DNA of 64,000 nucleotides, taken from contig JAGIQG010000003.1 in NCBI GenBank assembly GCA_024679065.1, forward strand, positions 29,574,001-29,638,000, written 5' to 3'. Each line of letters starts with the position of its first letter. Position 1 is the stretch's first letter. This DNA is from Sphyrna mokarran (taxonomy: Eukaryota). The notes under the pieces are model-generated. The model was not told the origin of the DNA and did not search any database. It saw only the letters and a program-made list of their open reading frames with translations. Both the position numbers and the translations under genes were made by a program. Of the stretch, positions 1 to 12,650 are shown in pieces.

Positions 1-349
1 TGAGACCGAGGTATGCTAATTGTCTTAGTTATCTTAATCTAGAAAACTGTTTTATCAGTTTCAGTGTGGTGAGATTATTAATATTAATCAACTTAAAAAA
101 TCTATCTGTTTGCTCTATTCCAATGTCACCTACCCAGTAACTGCACTTCATCTGAATTATGCAGAAATCATATGGTGATAAAATTTGGTGGAAGATATTG
201 ATGGAATGGAAAATTTCTCATGGGAGGCCATAAGGTTATGTAGCACGCTGCACATGACCACTCTCCTTGACACTTGCACTGACTATTATAAAACTCACAC
301 AGTGTGTGTTAGAATTTCAGATTCAGACTGAGTGAGACAAATCAGAGTG

Positions 350-2470
350 CTATAGCAGAGTTTTAGCGTTGGGCAGAGGTCACTATACAAGCCTGAGGAA
401 AGAGTTGGCCCAAGTAAACTGAGCATAATAATTCAGGGCAGGACATTTGAGGAAGAATGGTGAATGTTCAGCGAGATATTGAATATCTCTCACTTAAAGT
501 ATATTCTTGAAAGGAAGAGGAATTGTAAAATAAAAAAGCAATGTTCCATAGCTAGACAAGTAAGTCAAAGAGGACATAAAAATAAAAACTAGGGCATACC
601 AAACATCAAAAGCTAGCAGCAAGCTGGAGGGTTGGGAGACCTTTAAGGTTCAGCAAAAATAGAATCAAAAGGGCTAAGATGAAATAAGAATGGAAACTAG
701 CAGAAAACAAACACAGATACTGAAAGCTTCTATAAGTATATAAAGAGGAAGAGAATAACTAACGTAAATGTTGGCCTTTTAGAGGACGATACTGATGAGG
801 TATTAACGGGGAACACAGAGGCACTAAACCAACATTGTGCCTCTGTCTTCACATTAGAGAATAATGAAGATTTTCCAAAAACTGTAGTTAATGCAGAGGA
901 ACTTGGTGCAATAACCATCACTAGGGAGAAGGTATTTAATTAATTACTGGCTTTAAAGGCAGATAAGTCTCCAGGACCTGATGGCCTGATCCTAGGGCAG
1001 TAAAACAGGTGGCAGCAGAGATAGTGAATGGATTGGTTGCAATCTTTCAAAATTCCTCGGATTCTGATAAGGTCCCAGTGGATTGAAAACACATTAATGT
1101 GTTGCCCTTATTCAAAAAGGGAGCAAGGCAAAGTAGGAAACTATAGGCCAATTAGCTTGACCTCTGTGGTGGGGGAGTTGCTGTAATCAATTATTAAGGA
1201 GAAGCTATTTGAGTTTTTGGAAAGACAAAACTCAATTCACCAATGTCAGCATAGTTTTATGAAGGGAAAGTCATGCTTGACAAACTTGCCTGAATTCTTC
1301 GAGGACATAACTCACCAGGTAAATAGTGGGAACCTATGGATGTGGTATAAAAGACTGATCCAGAGGGCATGATCGCTGTGGATTGGAGATAGAGTACTAG
1401 ATTGGATTGAGGATTGGCTGACTGATAGAAAGCAGAGTTGGGATAAATGGGTCCTTTTCTGGCTGGCAAAATGTAACTAGCAGGGTCAATCCTCAGACCT
1501 CGACTATTTACAATCTATATAAATGATCTGCAAGCAGAGACAGAGTGTAACAGCAAAATTTGAAAATGATACTAAAATAGGTGGGAACGCAGCCAGTGAA
1601 GATGGTATAAATATTCTACAGATGGATATGGATAGGCTAGGAGAATGTGCCAACATTTGGCAGATGGGGTTTAATGTGGATAAGTACGAAGTTACCCAGT
1701 ATGGCCAAAGGAAAAAATAGAAAAGCAATTTATTACCAAAGTGGAAAGCAGATTCAAAACGCATCCATGCAGAGGGATCTGTGTATTTATGTTCATGAAT
1801 TGCATAAAGTCAGTATGCAGGATAGCACATAATAAAAAATGCAAGATGTTGGCATTTATTGCAAAAGGAATATAAAGGTATTGTTACAATTGTATAGCAT
1901 GTTGGTCAGACCACATCTAGAGTATTGTGTCCAGTTTTGGTTTCCTCATTTGAGGAAGGATGTGGTGGCATTGGGGGCAGTTCAGAGGAAATTCACCAGA
2001 TTGATTCTGGGAATGAAGGGGTTGATGTATGAAGACAGATTAAACAGTTTGGGCTTGTACTCACTGGAGTTTAGTAGGATGATAGTGGATCTGATCCCAT
2101 TTTAAATGGGATTGATAAAGTAAATGTAGACCACATGTAACCTCTTATGGGAGATTCTGAAACAAGAGGTCACGGGTATAGGTTGAGAGGCAGCATATTT
2201 AAAATTGAGATGAGCAGGAACTACTTCTCGCAGAGGGTGGTCCATTTGTGAAACTCTGCCACATAGCACAGTGGAGTCTGATTCGTTGAATGGGATAGCA
2301 AGAGAGAGATAAATGTATTTCTAAACAAAAGGGAAAAAGGGATATAGGGAACTGCTGGGGAAATGGATTTGAAACCAGGGAGAGATCAGCCACGATCTGA
2401 TTGAATGACAGAGTAGGCTTAAAGGGTCGAATTTGCATACTTTTGCTCCTAATTCCGAAGTTTCAATGTT
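350..2470 (+). mobile_element. CR1 LINE, decayed ORF2 (RT) plus 3' UTR
   Basis: Frameshifted CR1 ORF2 motifs (DKSPGPDG, NYRPISLTSVVG, LVRPHLEYCVQFW) and a CR1-type 3' tail near 2380-2470. Confidence 0.9.
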
Positions 2471-3032
2471 TGTAGCCTTCTACAACCCTGTTTGTAGAAT
2501 GGACTTTGTCATTTGATGCACTCTGGGTTCTGAGAACTACATAGATCTCACTAAGCCAAGGACATTAAGCATATCCTTTACTTTCCTAAACTCTTGTCTT
2601 TCATTCTGAAAAAGAATAGCCTCAAAATGGGCAGGAGACCTGGCAGAGTAGATCACAGACCCAGTTACATGTTTGAATTAGGAAAATAAGGATAAAGGGC
2701 TTTATTCCACATTTTCCTGTTGTGTGATTATGATTTATCGTGATTGTGAAATAAAACAAGGAAGATACGAAGAAAGAAACAAAAAGTTGAATTTTGTATA
2801 TTGTAATATAATGATGGTCTGAACGTCCCCCTTAATTCAAATTTCTTCTCCACATACACTGCCTGACTGCTAAATATTTCAGCTTTTGCTGTATTTTTCT
2901 TCATGTTTCCACAATTGTTTCTATTTATGCTGAGAACAATTCTTTAAGTTACAAAGCTTTGATTAGCATTATAATTAATGTTGAAAAAATTGATACCAAA
3001 TATAATTACCCTATTATTGTTTATACACATTT

Positions 3033-3157
3033 CATAGAATCCCTACAATGCAGAAGGAAGCCAGTGTGCCCTGATCCTCTGACAAAACACTCCATCTATG
3101 CCCATTCCTTACCCTATCCCTGTAACCCTGTGCACTGATCACGGCTAATCCGCCTGC
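3033..3157 (-). mobile_element. HE1-like SINE, 3' part
   Basis: catagaatccctaca...ctatccctgtaacc is the reverse complement of the SINE tail seen at 39000-39177. Confidence 0.7.
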
Positions 3158-3159
3158 AT

Positions 3160-3700
3160 ATATCTTTGTTGATGACCACAGTAGCACCTCTCTGTACCCT
3201 TGACTATAGAATCCATTATATCAATCCTCTCCCCCTGCCGCTCTCCCCCCCAACTTCTGTACAAACAAACCACTTGTGATGCCAGAAGTTTGGCTGTGTC
3301 TGCATTCTTTAGAGAAACGAACACTCTCACCACTTCCAAAATGGAATACCAATTTGCAAGTGGGACTTCAGGGGACTCCTGAAATATCTGACTACCTGCC
3401 TGTTGCTCTCAAGCTGCCTGGTTGTCACCCATTCCCCTTGTCCTCAAGTCTCTTCAGCTGCAATGTGATTATCTCCCTAAATGTGCTATCCACAATCCCC
3501 TCAGATTCGCAGATGCTCCACAATGTCCCCAGTCATTGTTCCAGCTCAAACTTGAATTTCCAGGAGTGGCAGCTGGACACAGTTCCAGCATACATATTGG
3601 TCCCAGGCAGTGCAAATGTGCCCAGCTTCCCACATAGAACAGGAAGAGCAAAGCATAGCTTTGTGCTCTCCTGCCATGACTAACCTCTTTAAATTAACAA
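3160..3700 (-). mobile_element. CR1 ORF1 fragment (coiled coil plus SGNH-esterase start)
   Basis: Minus frames read ...LGTLWSICESEGIVDSTFREIIT and IMDSIVKGTERCYCG, resembling the CR1 ORF1 GDSIVRGTDRRFCG motif. Confidence 0.75.
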
Positions 3701-3961
3701 CTTTAGAATATGTTTTATTAAGTAAAATAAATCAAATAAGTCCCTACCGTTGCTTTAACAATGACTTAGAACTTAATATAGTTTGAAAATACCCACCAAT
3801 CAGCTGCTCCTGTTGGTTCACATCACTTTCTGAACTGCAACATCATCTTGTAACACTGCCCTCAGTCCCTGTACACCACCAAGGTAAGTCTTATCTTATC
3901 ATTCTTTTGTAGTCTCCTGAACCTTGGGTTTCCTCCCAGGTCTGAGCTCTACTGACACTGA

Positions 3962-4186
3962 AAAGGCAAGTTCCCTTCCAAGCCACATACCATCCTCACT
4001 TGGAACTACATAACCATTCTGTCACTGTCACTGAGACAAAATCCTGGAACTCTCTTCCTACCTGCACTGTGGATGTACCTAAATCACAGATTATGGCGGT
4101 TCAAGCTTTTCAAGGGCAATAAGAATGGGCAGCACATGCTGGTCTAGTCATCAATGTATCTGTCCGAAAGAAAGATTTTTTAAAAA
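3962..4186 (+). mobile_element. 3' end of a CR1/L2-clade LINE (probably the family at 62200-64000)
   Basis: ccaagccacataccatcctcacttggaac...aaaatcctggaactc...aagggcaataagaatggg ending in an A-rich tail. Confidence 0.65.
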
Positions 4187-4781
4187 ACTCAATCTGCATA
4201 TCAAAAATGAACCAATGTATATTATCTTTGTTCATGCAGTCATGTCATTTACCTTCTTCCTATATTTTGTTCTCTATCAGTTTCTTTCTAACATTGTTCT
4301 CATGAAAAGTATTTATTTTCCTGAAACATGATTCATAGATACTTCCTCCAGCATCTCAACTGACTTTGCCCCACTCCTCATCCCATCAAAGTCTAACGCG
4401 ATCCCAGAACAGTCAACAGAATTTGGAATGCCATGCCATTTTTCCCTTCCATTAACCAATAGGTTCAGCCGACAGTAGTGCTCCTGCCCCGATTCTGCCT
4501 GAAGTGATCTAAAAACCAAAGGTTCACTCTAGGTCCTCTGTGGTTCAGATGGTTCAGCTATCCATTGGATATTGAATTCATTTAGCCATTGGAAAGCTTG
4601 ATAAAACTCCCTTATGCAATCAACTATATAAATACCATCCATTTGCCATATCTTGCTAAATTAATTACACACATTAGATTTCCAGTATTTCTAACTATCT
4701 GTTGGTTGCCCAACAAATCAAAACTGAAAAGCTTAATTATAAACTGTGCTTACAGAATAAAAATCAATAGATATTATTTGT

Positions 4782-6598
4782 TTTGGCAGATAAGACAAAG
4801 GTGAATCCAAAGAGCTTCTACAAATACAGAAAGGGCAAAAGGATAACAAGGGAGAGTACAGCCTCTTAAGGATCTATGTGTGGATCCACAAGAGATGGGC
4901 GAGATCCTAAATGAATATTTCTCATCAGTATTTGCTGTTGAGAAAAGCATGGATGTTAGGGAACTTGGGGAAATAAATAGTGATGTCTTGAGGAGTGTAA
5001 TTATTACAGAGGAGGAGTTGCTGGAAGTGGTAAAACATCAAAATAGACAAATCTCCGGAACCAGATGAAGTATATCTCAAGAATTGTGGGAGGCTAGGAA
5101 GGAAATTGTGGATCCGCTGGCTGAGATATACGATCCATCGATAGTGATGGATGAGGTGCCTGAAGATTGGAGTGGCAAATGTTGTGCCTTTGTTTAAAAA
5201 GAGCTGTAGGAAAAAACCTGGGAACTACAGACCAGTGAGCCTCACATCTGTGGTGGGTAAATTGTTGGAAGGTATTTTGAGAGACAGGATCTATGGGCAT
5301 TTAGAGATACAAGGACTGATTACGGACAGTCAGCATGGCTTTGTGAGTGGAAAATCATGTCTCACAAATTAAATTGAGTTTTTTGAAGGGCTAACCAAGA
5401 AAGTAGATAGGGCAGTGCAGTTGATGTTGTCTACATGGACTTTAGCAAGGCCTTTGACAAGGTACTGCATGGTAGGTTGTTGCATAATGTTAAATCTCAC
5501 GGGATCCAGGGTGACGTATCTAAATGGATACAAAATTAGAGGATGATCGTAGAGAGTTGTTTTTCAAACTGAAGGCCTGTGAGCAGCAGTGTTCCTCAGG
5601 CATCAGCTGGACCCACTGTTGTTCATCATTTATTTTAAGGATTTGGATGAGAATATAAGGGGCATGGTTAATAAATTTGCAGATGACACCAAGATTGTGG
5701 CATAGTGGACAGTGAAGGAAATTATCTCCAACTGCAATGGATCTTGATCAATTGGGCCAATGGGCTGACAAACAACAGATTGAATTTGTCTGAATTAAAT
5801 TCCAAGTGATGCATTTTGGTAGATTGAACCAGGTCAGGACTTACTCAGTTAATGGTAGGGAGCTGGGGGGAGCAAAGAAATCTAGGGGTACATGTTCATA
5901 GCTCTTTGAAAATGGAGTCACAGATGAACACAGCAATGAAGAAGGCATTTGGCATGCTTGGTTTCATTGGTTAAACATTGAATACAGGAATTGGGACGTC
6001 TTGTTGAAGTTGTACAAGATATTGGTAAGGCAACACTTGGAATAGTGTGTGCAATTCTGGCCACCCTATTATAGAAAGGATATTATTAAACTAGAAAGAG
6101 TGCAGAAAATATTTATTAGGATGCTACCATGACTTGATGGATTGAGTTATAAGGAGAGGCTGAATAGACTGGGACTTTTTCCTCTGGAACATAGGAGGCT
6201 GAGGGGTGACCTTATAGAGGTCTATAAAATAATGAGGGGCATAGACAAGGTAGATATTCAATATCTTTTCCCGAAGATAGGGGAGTCTAAAACTAGAGGG
6301 CATAGATTTAATGTGAGATGGGAGAGATACAAAAGTGTCCAGAGGGGCACTTTTTTCACACAGAGAGTGGTGTCTGGAACAAACTGCCAGAGGTAGTAGT
6401 AAAGGCTAATATAATTTTATCTTTTAAAAAGCATTTAGATAGTTACATGGGTACGATGGATACAGAGAGATATGGGCAAAATGTGGGCAATTGAGATCAG
6501 CTTAAGGGTTTTTTAAAAAAGGGCGGCATGGATAAGTTGGGCCAAAGGACCTGTTTCCATTCTGTAAACTTCTATGACTCTACGATTGTACGATTCTA
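4782..6598 (+). mobile_element. CR1 LINE, 5'-truncated, decayed ORF2 plus tail
   Basis: ANVVPLFKK, PGNYRPVSLTSVVGK, FADDTK, RRLRGDLIEVYKIM; ends in degenerate ttctatga repeats. Confidence 0.92.
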
Positions 6599-7068
6599 AA
6601 AATGAGTAAACTTCTCAAAATATGACACGTTATATTGAAAGATACGCACTATATATAGGAAATAGTATTATAAATATTTTACACTTTACAGAACTTGATT
6701 AAGATGAAAATAACTATTTGTTCTATATTGCCACAACTGTATTTTCATCATATGGATTATAAATGATATATTTCTTTTGTTTATTTTTTCCTCTCCAGAG
6801 TGTTTTTTTTTAGTTATTTGTACATTATTTCATTACACACAAAGCTTCTCTACTGTTAAAAGAAATATCTCAAAACATTTAGATCAGTGTGGAAGGAATG
6901 GTCTTAACCTTATTTAAGTGTTTAAGTACTAGAAAGGCATTTAGTATTCAAAATCTTCCCATTCAGAGATGGGTATTGTATTAAATGAATCAGGATAATG
7001 CTTCTAATGCAATGTCAATGAAAGAGACACAAATCAAACTTTTGTGCTTTATTTTGCTCTGCCAATAT

Positions 7069-7343
7069 TAAAGTTTATTTATTAGTGCCACAAGACGACT
7101 TACATTAACAGCGCAATGAAGTTGCTGTGAAAACCCCCTAGCTGCTACCTGTTTGGTACACTGAGGGAAAATTTAGCATGGCCAATGCACCAAACCAGCA
7201 CATTTTTCAGATTGTGGGAAGAAATTCACGTAGACAGAGAGCAAATGTGCAAACTTCACACAGATAGTGACCCAAGCATGGAATTGAACCCAGGTCCTTG
7301 GTACTGCGAGGCAGCAGTGCTAACTACTGTACTGCTGTGATGC
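7069..7343 (-). mobile_element. tRNA-derived V-SINE, tail type B
   Basis: Reverse complement of the SINE head/body at 16934-17215, with a ...gtggcactaataaataaact tail. Confidence 0.85.
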
Positions 7344-8356
7344 TTCCTATGATACTCTGCACTTCTATGATGTTAACCCTCAGTAAGGTAGAATTTCACA
7401 GTTGATGTTTGTTCTTTACCATGATAGATACATGTTCATAAACTCTTCATGCTATAACATAGACTGGCAATTTGTGCACCTCACAGGTTTCTGCATGGGA
7501 GAAAGAATATTGATTTTTTTCTTGTCTCACCAAAAGATGGTCAAGCAGTGGTAGCAACGTACAATTCCCTGGTTCAAATCAGGTGGCTTGCCACTCAAAT
7601 TCTTGTTTTAAGGTTATTTGATAAATATTTGACAAATAAATTATTTGATAAATCTATACAAGATTTCATAATGTATTCATTTGATTTGTTCTGTAATTTA
7701 AAGGCAGCACCGGGGAAACACTGCAGCAGTTTGTACAAAATAAATTGCATTATTAAGCTAAATTAGACTGAGAAAGTCACAGATTTTTCAGTTGGTGTCA
7801 TTTTAACATATTTAACAAATTTAAGAATTAGTTATCTGGCTATGAACATCAGAAAATGCAAGCTTTTATTTTCCATCTTCTGAGCAAGTCTTAACTGGTT
7901 GAGGACATCAATATCATTGCACAGCGTAAAGCTAATTTGACAGGCAAAGGATTGAAGAATCCACAGTCATGTGGTGACAGTAATCTCCATGGAAACAGAC
8001 AGCCATTTGAGATAGATACAATTAATATGAGTCTAATCTAAATAATCCTTTTGATTCATGTAAGGATACAAAAAAAATCATCCAACTGTCTGTACCAAGC
8101 TTCAGATATAAGTACATGAAACATAAGCTTAGATCACATTGAAGAGTGAACATTATTTTGCACACAAATAATAATTAATCTGAAAGATAATCAGAATCAT
8201 TTTAAAATTATAAAGGACTCTGAAACATGTATATCTGCATATATTGGATGTTGGTGGAAACATTTAAGTTCATTGCAGGAATAATTGGTGGTCATAGGAT
8301 CATTAGGAGTTACCTAATATACTAATGAAATGTTGTCCATTGGTTAGGTATGTATG

Positions 8357-8618
8357 GGTGGCAACGTGGTTAGTACTGCTACCTCACAGCATCAGGGACC
8401 CCAGTTCGATTCTGGCCTTGGGTGACTGTGTGGGGTTTTCACATTCTCTCCATGTCTGTGTGAGTTTCCTGCTACGTGCCAAAGATGTGTGCATTAGGTT
8501 GATTAGCCATGATAAATTGACCTTTAGTATATGGGTGGATTAGCAGGGTAAATATGTGGGGTTATGGAGATGGGGGATGGGCCAAATTGCTGTCTACTCC
8601 ACAGTAGAGATTCTATGA
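8357..8618 (+). mobile_element. HE1-like V-SINE
   Basis: A box tggttag, B box gttcgattc, conserved body, attctatga end. Confidence 0.8.
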
Positions 8619-9654
8619 ATATATCCCCAACTGCATGAAGAACATTTTGATCATCAGACCCATAGTCATTAAAAGACATCAGGTGATTCTTTAATCACTT
8701 TAACTTTTTTCATGTATCTGGATCTTATAACCATGTTATCAGAGAAAATAATTAGGTATGTACTATCTGTGCAATCTGCATGGAAACAGACAGCCATGTG
8801 AGACATGGTGCCATACTTAAAGGGCACCGGGGTAGCCATTTACTCACTGCAGGCCAGATTCAGAATCTCTCGCCATGTCCCAGAGCCAACAAGGCTCGGC
8901 TCCACAGTTCAGTGATGACCCCTGCAGATTCTCTTCTAGAGTTTTGAGGAAAGGCAGAAAGTCCTGTTGCCCAGAGATGGCAGCAGGAGTCCCTCCCAGT
9001 TGACCATGGCAACCTGGAAGCAGGTTGCCATGATTGTTATCACCCATGGGTGCTAGCACAGAAACAGCCAAAGATGTAGAAAAACAATTAATGATCTGTT
9101 ACCCTCTACCAGAGTAAGTGAACTGTCTGCTCACTGCAAACTGATACTCAAGATTATCAGGCAGTGTAAGTGTGCGAGCGCAGAGGCATGTCAGACAGGA
9201 GGTTAACTGCAGGGCATAGCAGCAGATGGGATATTTTGCACTGAATATGTAGCAGTCACTTCATACCCTTAAATGTTCATCAGTTGCAGGACATATTGCT
9301 TATTAATCACTTACAAAGGCAGGTCCAAACCTTAGGCATATATGCTCCTAAACTGCTCATGTACCCCCTAGTGTGGCACTTAACCCTTCTGTCTGTTTGC
9401 CCTAGCTGTGGCCTAACCAGCATTTTAAACAGGTCCAACAGAACCTCCCTGCTCTTACATTGAATGCCTCTGTAGCTTAGCGGGCCAAGACAGGCAGAGC
9501 TATTCCAGATATTCAATTCCTAACCACATTTGAAGAGGAAGCTGCAGAAATAGTTGTGGAGGAGCAGAACCCTGCCTGTATCAATGTTAAAACAGGAGTC
9601 TCCTAGCAAACCACTGAGGACTGCTCCAATTTGCATCAACAGAATGCAACATTT

Positions 9655-9966
9655 TAAAGTTTATTTTAAAGTTAATTTAATATTTGTGTCACAAGTACGT
9701 TCACATTAAATATGCATGAAGTTATTGTGAAAATATCCTAGTTGCTACACTCCAGCACCTGTTCGGATACACTGAAGGAAAATGTAGCATGGCCAATCCA
9801 CCTAACCAGCATGTCCTTTGAACTGTGGGAGGAAACAAGGACACACAGAGTAGAGCCTCACAGACCTGGGGAAAACATGCAAATTCCACACAGACAGTGA
9901 CCCAAGCCAGGAATCAAACCCAGATCTCTGGCGCTGTGAGGCAGCAGTGCTAACCACTGTGCCATC
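9655..9966 (-). mobile_element. tRNA-derived V-SINE, tail type B
   Basis: Full reverse-complement SINE head (...ggttagcactgctgcctcacagcgccag) and type B tail. Confidence 0.85.
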
Positions 9967-10237
9967 CTTGTTTAGAGTTTCAAGGAGAGAGCCTACCACC
10001 ACTTCCATTAGATTTTCTTTCTTCCATTCCAGGAATTAAGAGGAAAAAGTGAAGGACAATAAAGCAGACCATCTTCATCTCCAATCCCACCTCTGATGAT
10101 GATAATTCACCTGCACCCTTTACCTGTACAGAGAGACATTCACCTTAGTGAGTGCCTGTTCTAGAGCAGGTTTTTGGTCACAAACTGAGCACCTTAGATA
10201 TCAATACACAGCTGATGGAGGAAGTGGCAACCAAAGT

Positions 10238-10722
10238 CATAGAATTTAGTAGCCTAGAAAAAGGCCATTCGGCCCATCATGTCCATACTGGCCATCAAGC
10301 ATCTATCCTAATCCCATTTTCCAGCACTTGGTCTGCAGCATTGTATGCTATAGCCTTTCAAATGCTCACCTAAATGCTTTGTAACTGTTGTGAGGATTCC
10401 TGCCCCTTTCAGGCAGTGAGTTCCAGATTCCCACCACTCTAGATGAAAAAGATTTTCCTCATTTCATTATACATCTCAATCAGGTCCCCGCTGAGCCTCT
10501 GCTGTTCCAGGGGAAACAACCCCAGCCTATCCAGTCCCTCCTGTTAGCTGAAACAGTCATGCCCAGGCAACATCCTGGTGAATCTCTTCTGTACCTTCTC
10601 TAGTGCAGTCACCTACTGCCTATAGTGCGGTGACCAGAACTGCACACCGTGCCCTAACTGTGGCCTAACCAGCATTTTAACCAGCTCCATCAAAACCTCC
10701 CTGCTCTTACATTGAATGCCTC
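10238..10722 (-). mobile_element. CR1 3' fragment
   Basis: aggccattcggccc tail; ccaggcaacatcctggtgaatctc and gaccagaactgcacac are reverse complements of ORF2 C-terminal motifs. Confidence 0.85.
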
Positions 10723-12439
10723 TGTCGCTCAGAGGAGTGCTGGAGATCAGGTCCCTCATGCATATGACAAGCCTCTATACTCAGTCATAACAGACATGTT
10801 AGAGATCCAGAGACAGGCAGGGGAACATCAGGCACAGATGTCAAAGACCACATGCAAACTAGACTTAAAGCAGTAGGAATCTGTCCATGATCTGTCTGTT
10901 GTCGTGGTTCTTGAATACGAGCACTCGGCCACCTCCATGGAAAGGTGGCAACCATCTTGGAGAGTCAAGTTCAACAGAACACATACTGGCTGCTGGATAT
11001 GTGCTTGGAACTGCACTCCATCACTCAAGTCATTAGTGCATTGCCAAAGTGGTTAAATGAGAGAGGGATGAGCAATCTCAACTTTCTTCCAGGTGTCCAT
11101 CTCCTTAAGGAGTCAGGGAAGTGTCATTGTACAGATACAGAGAAGGAGTACATTATTATCCTAGACCAGGAGCTGTTAGAGACATGTTGCTCCTAAACTG
11201 CTCATGTACCCACTCAGATGACACTCAATCCTTCTATCTGTCTGCAGGTCAAGAATATCCACAATAATTCCTGACCTTAGCTCTTTATGAGATGGTAAGC
11301 TGGTTTTCATAAAAACCAGCTTGGCATCCAAGCGGTTTCATCCCAGGACACGCAAAGTATTTCCTGCCATTCTACCTCCCCTTTACAAATGGCCCCATTA
11401 CCTCCAGCAGGTCAAGCACTAGCATCTGCACAGAAATCCCTTAAACAGGCTAGGGCTGTCTAAGCCTCAGGCCATCATAAGGCATCTGCTAATATCATTA
11501 CAGTCAGTAGGGTACAGTCAGCAGGATGCGTCCGACATTGTCAGAGCTGCATTTATACATAGCCATAGGAAAAGAAAGATAAAGACATTTTAAAGGCACA
11601 AAGATTGCACAGATGCACTGTATACACTGTTGGGAAAATATATTCACACACCATTTACAAATATCCTCGATTCTCACCTTATCTCTAGTTGCTTCAATGA
11701 GATTATGCCGGGGAGTCCGCTGCCACTCTGCCTGTGACCAATGGGGTCTGCTGCCACTCTTCCTATGATCAGTCAGGGGGAAGGGGGGAGGCTTGCTGCC
11801 ATTCTGCCTGTGATCAGGGAAGGGGCTAGGCAAAGAGCCTGTGATTGTTCTGGGTGGTGGAGGGCTTGGGGGGTATAAGGGGGTGACTAATTTTGTGAGG
11901 GTGGGGCAATGTCTGTGGGTGTTAGGGGGAGGTATTATCCAGCCCAGCAGCAATGTGGCAGGAGAGCCACATTCTATCATTTTTTTTCTGTGAATGCACA
12001 TATGGAAGCCCGATTGGAGTTTCAGGATTTTTGGCACATTAAGCCCCCTCCACTTCTGCTGCATGATTCGGAATTGCTGATATTTTTTCAGGCAGAGTGT
12101 GTCTAGGATGCCTCAGAACGGGTTTAAAATTCGGATCTGAAACACACCCAGTTTCAAGTCCGCCCAAGACTTAGAGTCAAAATGGTAAAATAGTGGCCAT
12201 AAGGAACGATTATACCATTTTGATTTTACGTGCTGAATCTGGGCGCAATTCAGATCAAACTTACAAACTTGTTCTGAGGCACTCCCATATGCACTTAGCC
12301 TGAAAAAAAAATTGTGGGTCTGAATCAGTGTGGGTGGGACTTATCGCACCCAAAACACTGCTGCTCCAATTGGAGCCTTCAACTGCGCATGCGCAGTGAT
12401 AAGAAATTTGAAAAACATTCCCCTGTCACTTCATTCCAA

Positions 12440-12650
12440 GATGTAAAGATGCCGGCGTTGGATTGGGGTGGTAAGAACTCAGTAAGAATTTAGCAACACC
12501 AATTATTAATCCAACCGATTTATTTGATAGTAAAAAAGCGAGCTTTCAACACTCCCGTGTCTTCCTCAGGCAAGTGCAGAAAAGCTCGCTTTTTTACTAT
12601 CAAATAAATCGGTTGGATTAATAATTGGTGTTGCTAAATTCTTACTGACA
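12440..12650. mobile_element. Miniature fold-back Penelope-like insertion
   Basis: Inverted arms of about 70 bp; TSD tcattccaa at 12431-12439 and 12651-12659; matches the 3' end of the element at 49772-52114. Confidence 0.9.
12536..12575 (-). ncRNA. Minimal type I hammerhead ribozyme
   Basis: Minus strand: ttgc CTGAGGA a GACAC ggga GTGTT GAAA gctc gc; stem I is weak. Confidence 0.7.

Larger units (their letters stand above)
8880..11520 (+). mobile_element. Decayed Myb/SANT-like gene of a PIF/Harbinger-type transposon, interrupted by a SINE and a CR1
   Basis: 8900-9100 reads approximately APQFSD...EERQKVLLPRDG...TWKQVA...QRCRKTINDL, followed by a gtaagt donor at about 9114; boundaries approximate. 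Confidence 0.55.

Noticed and set aside
12480-12648. Long hairpin considered as a conserved pre-miRNA
   Set aside because: Explained by Penelope pLTR sequence with a TSD; no known miRNA recognised.
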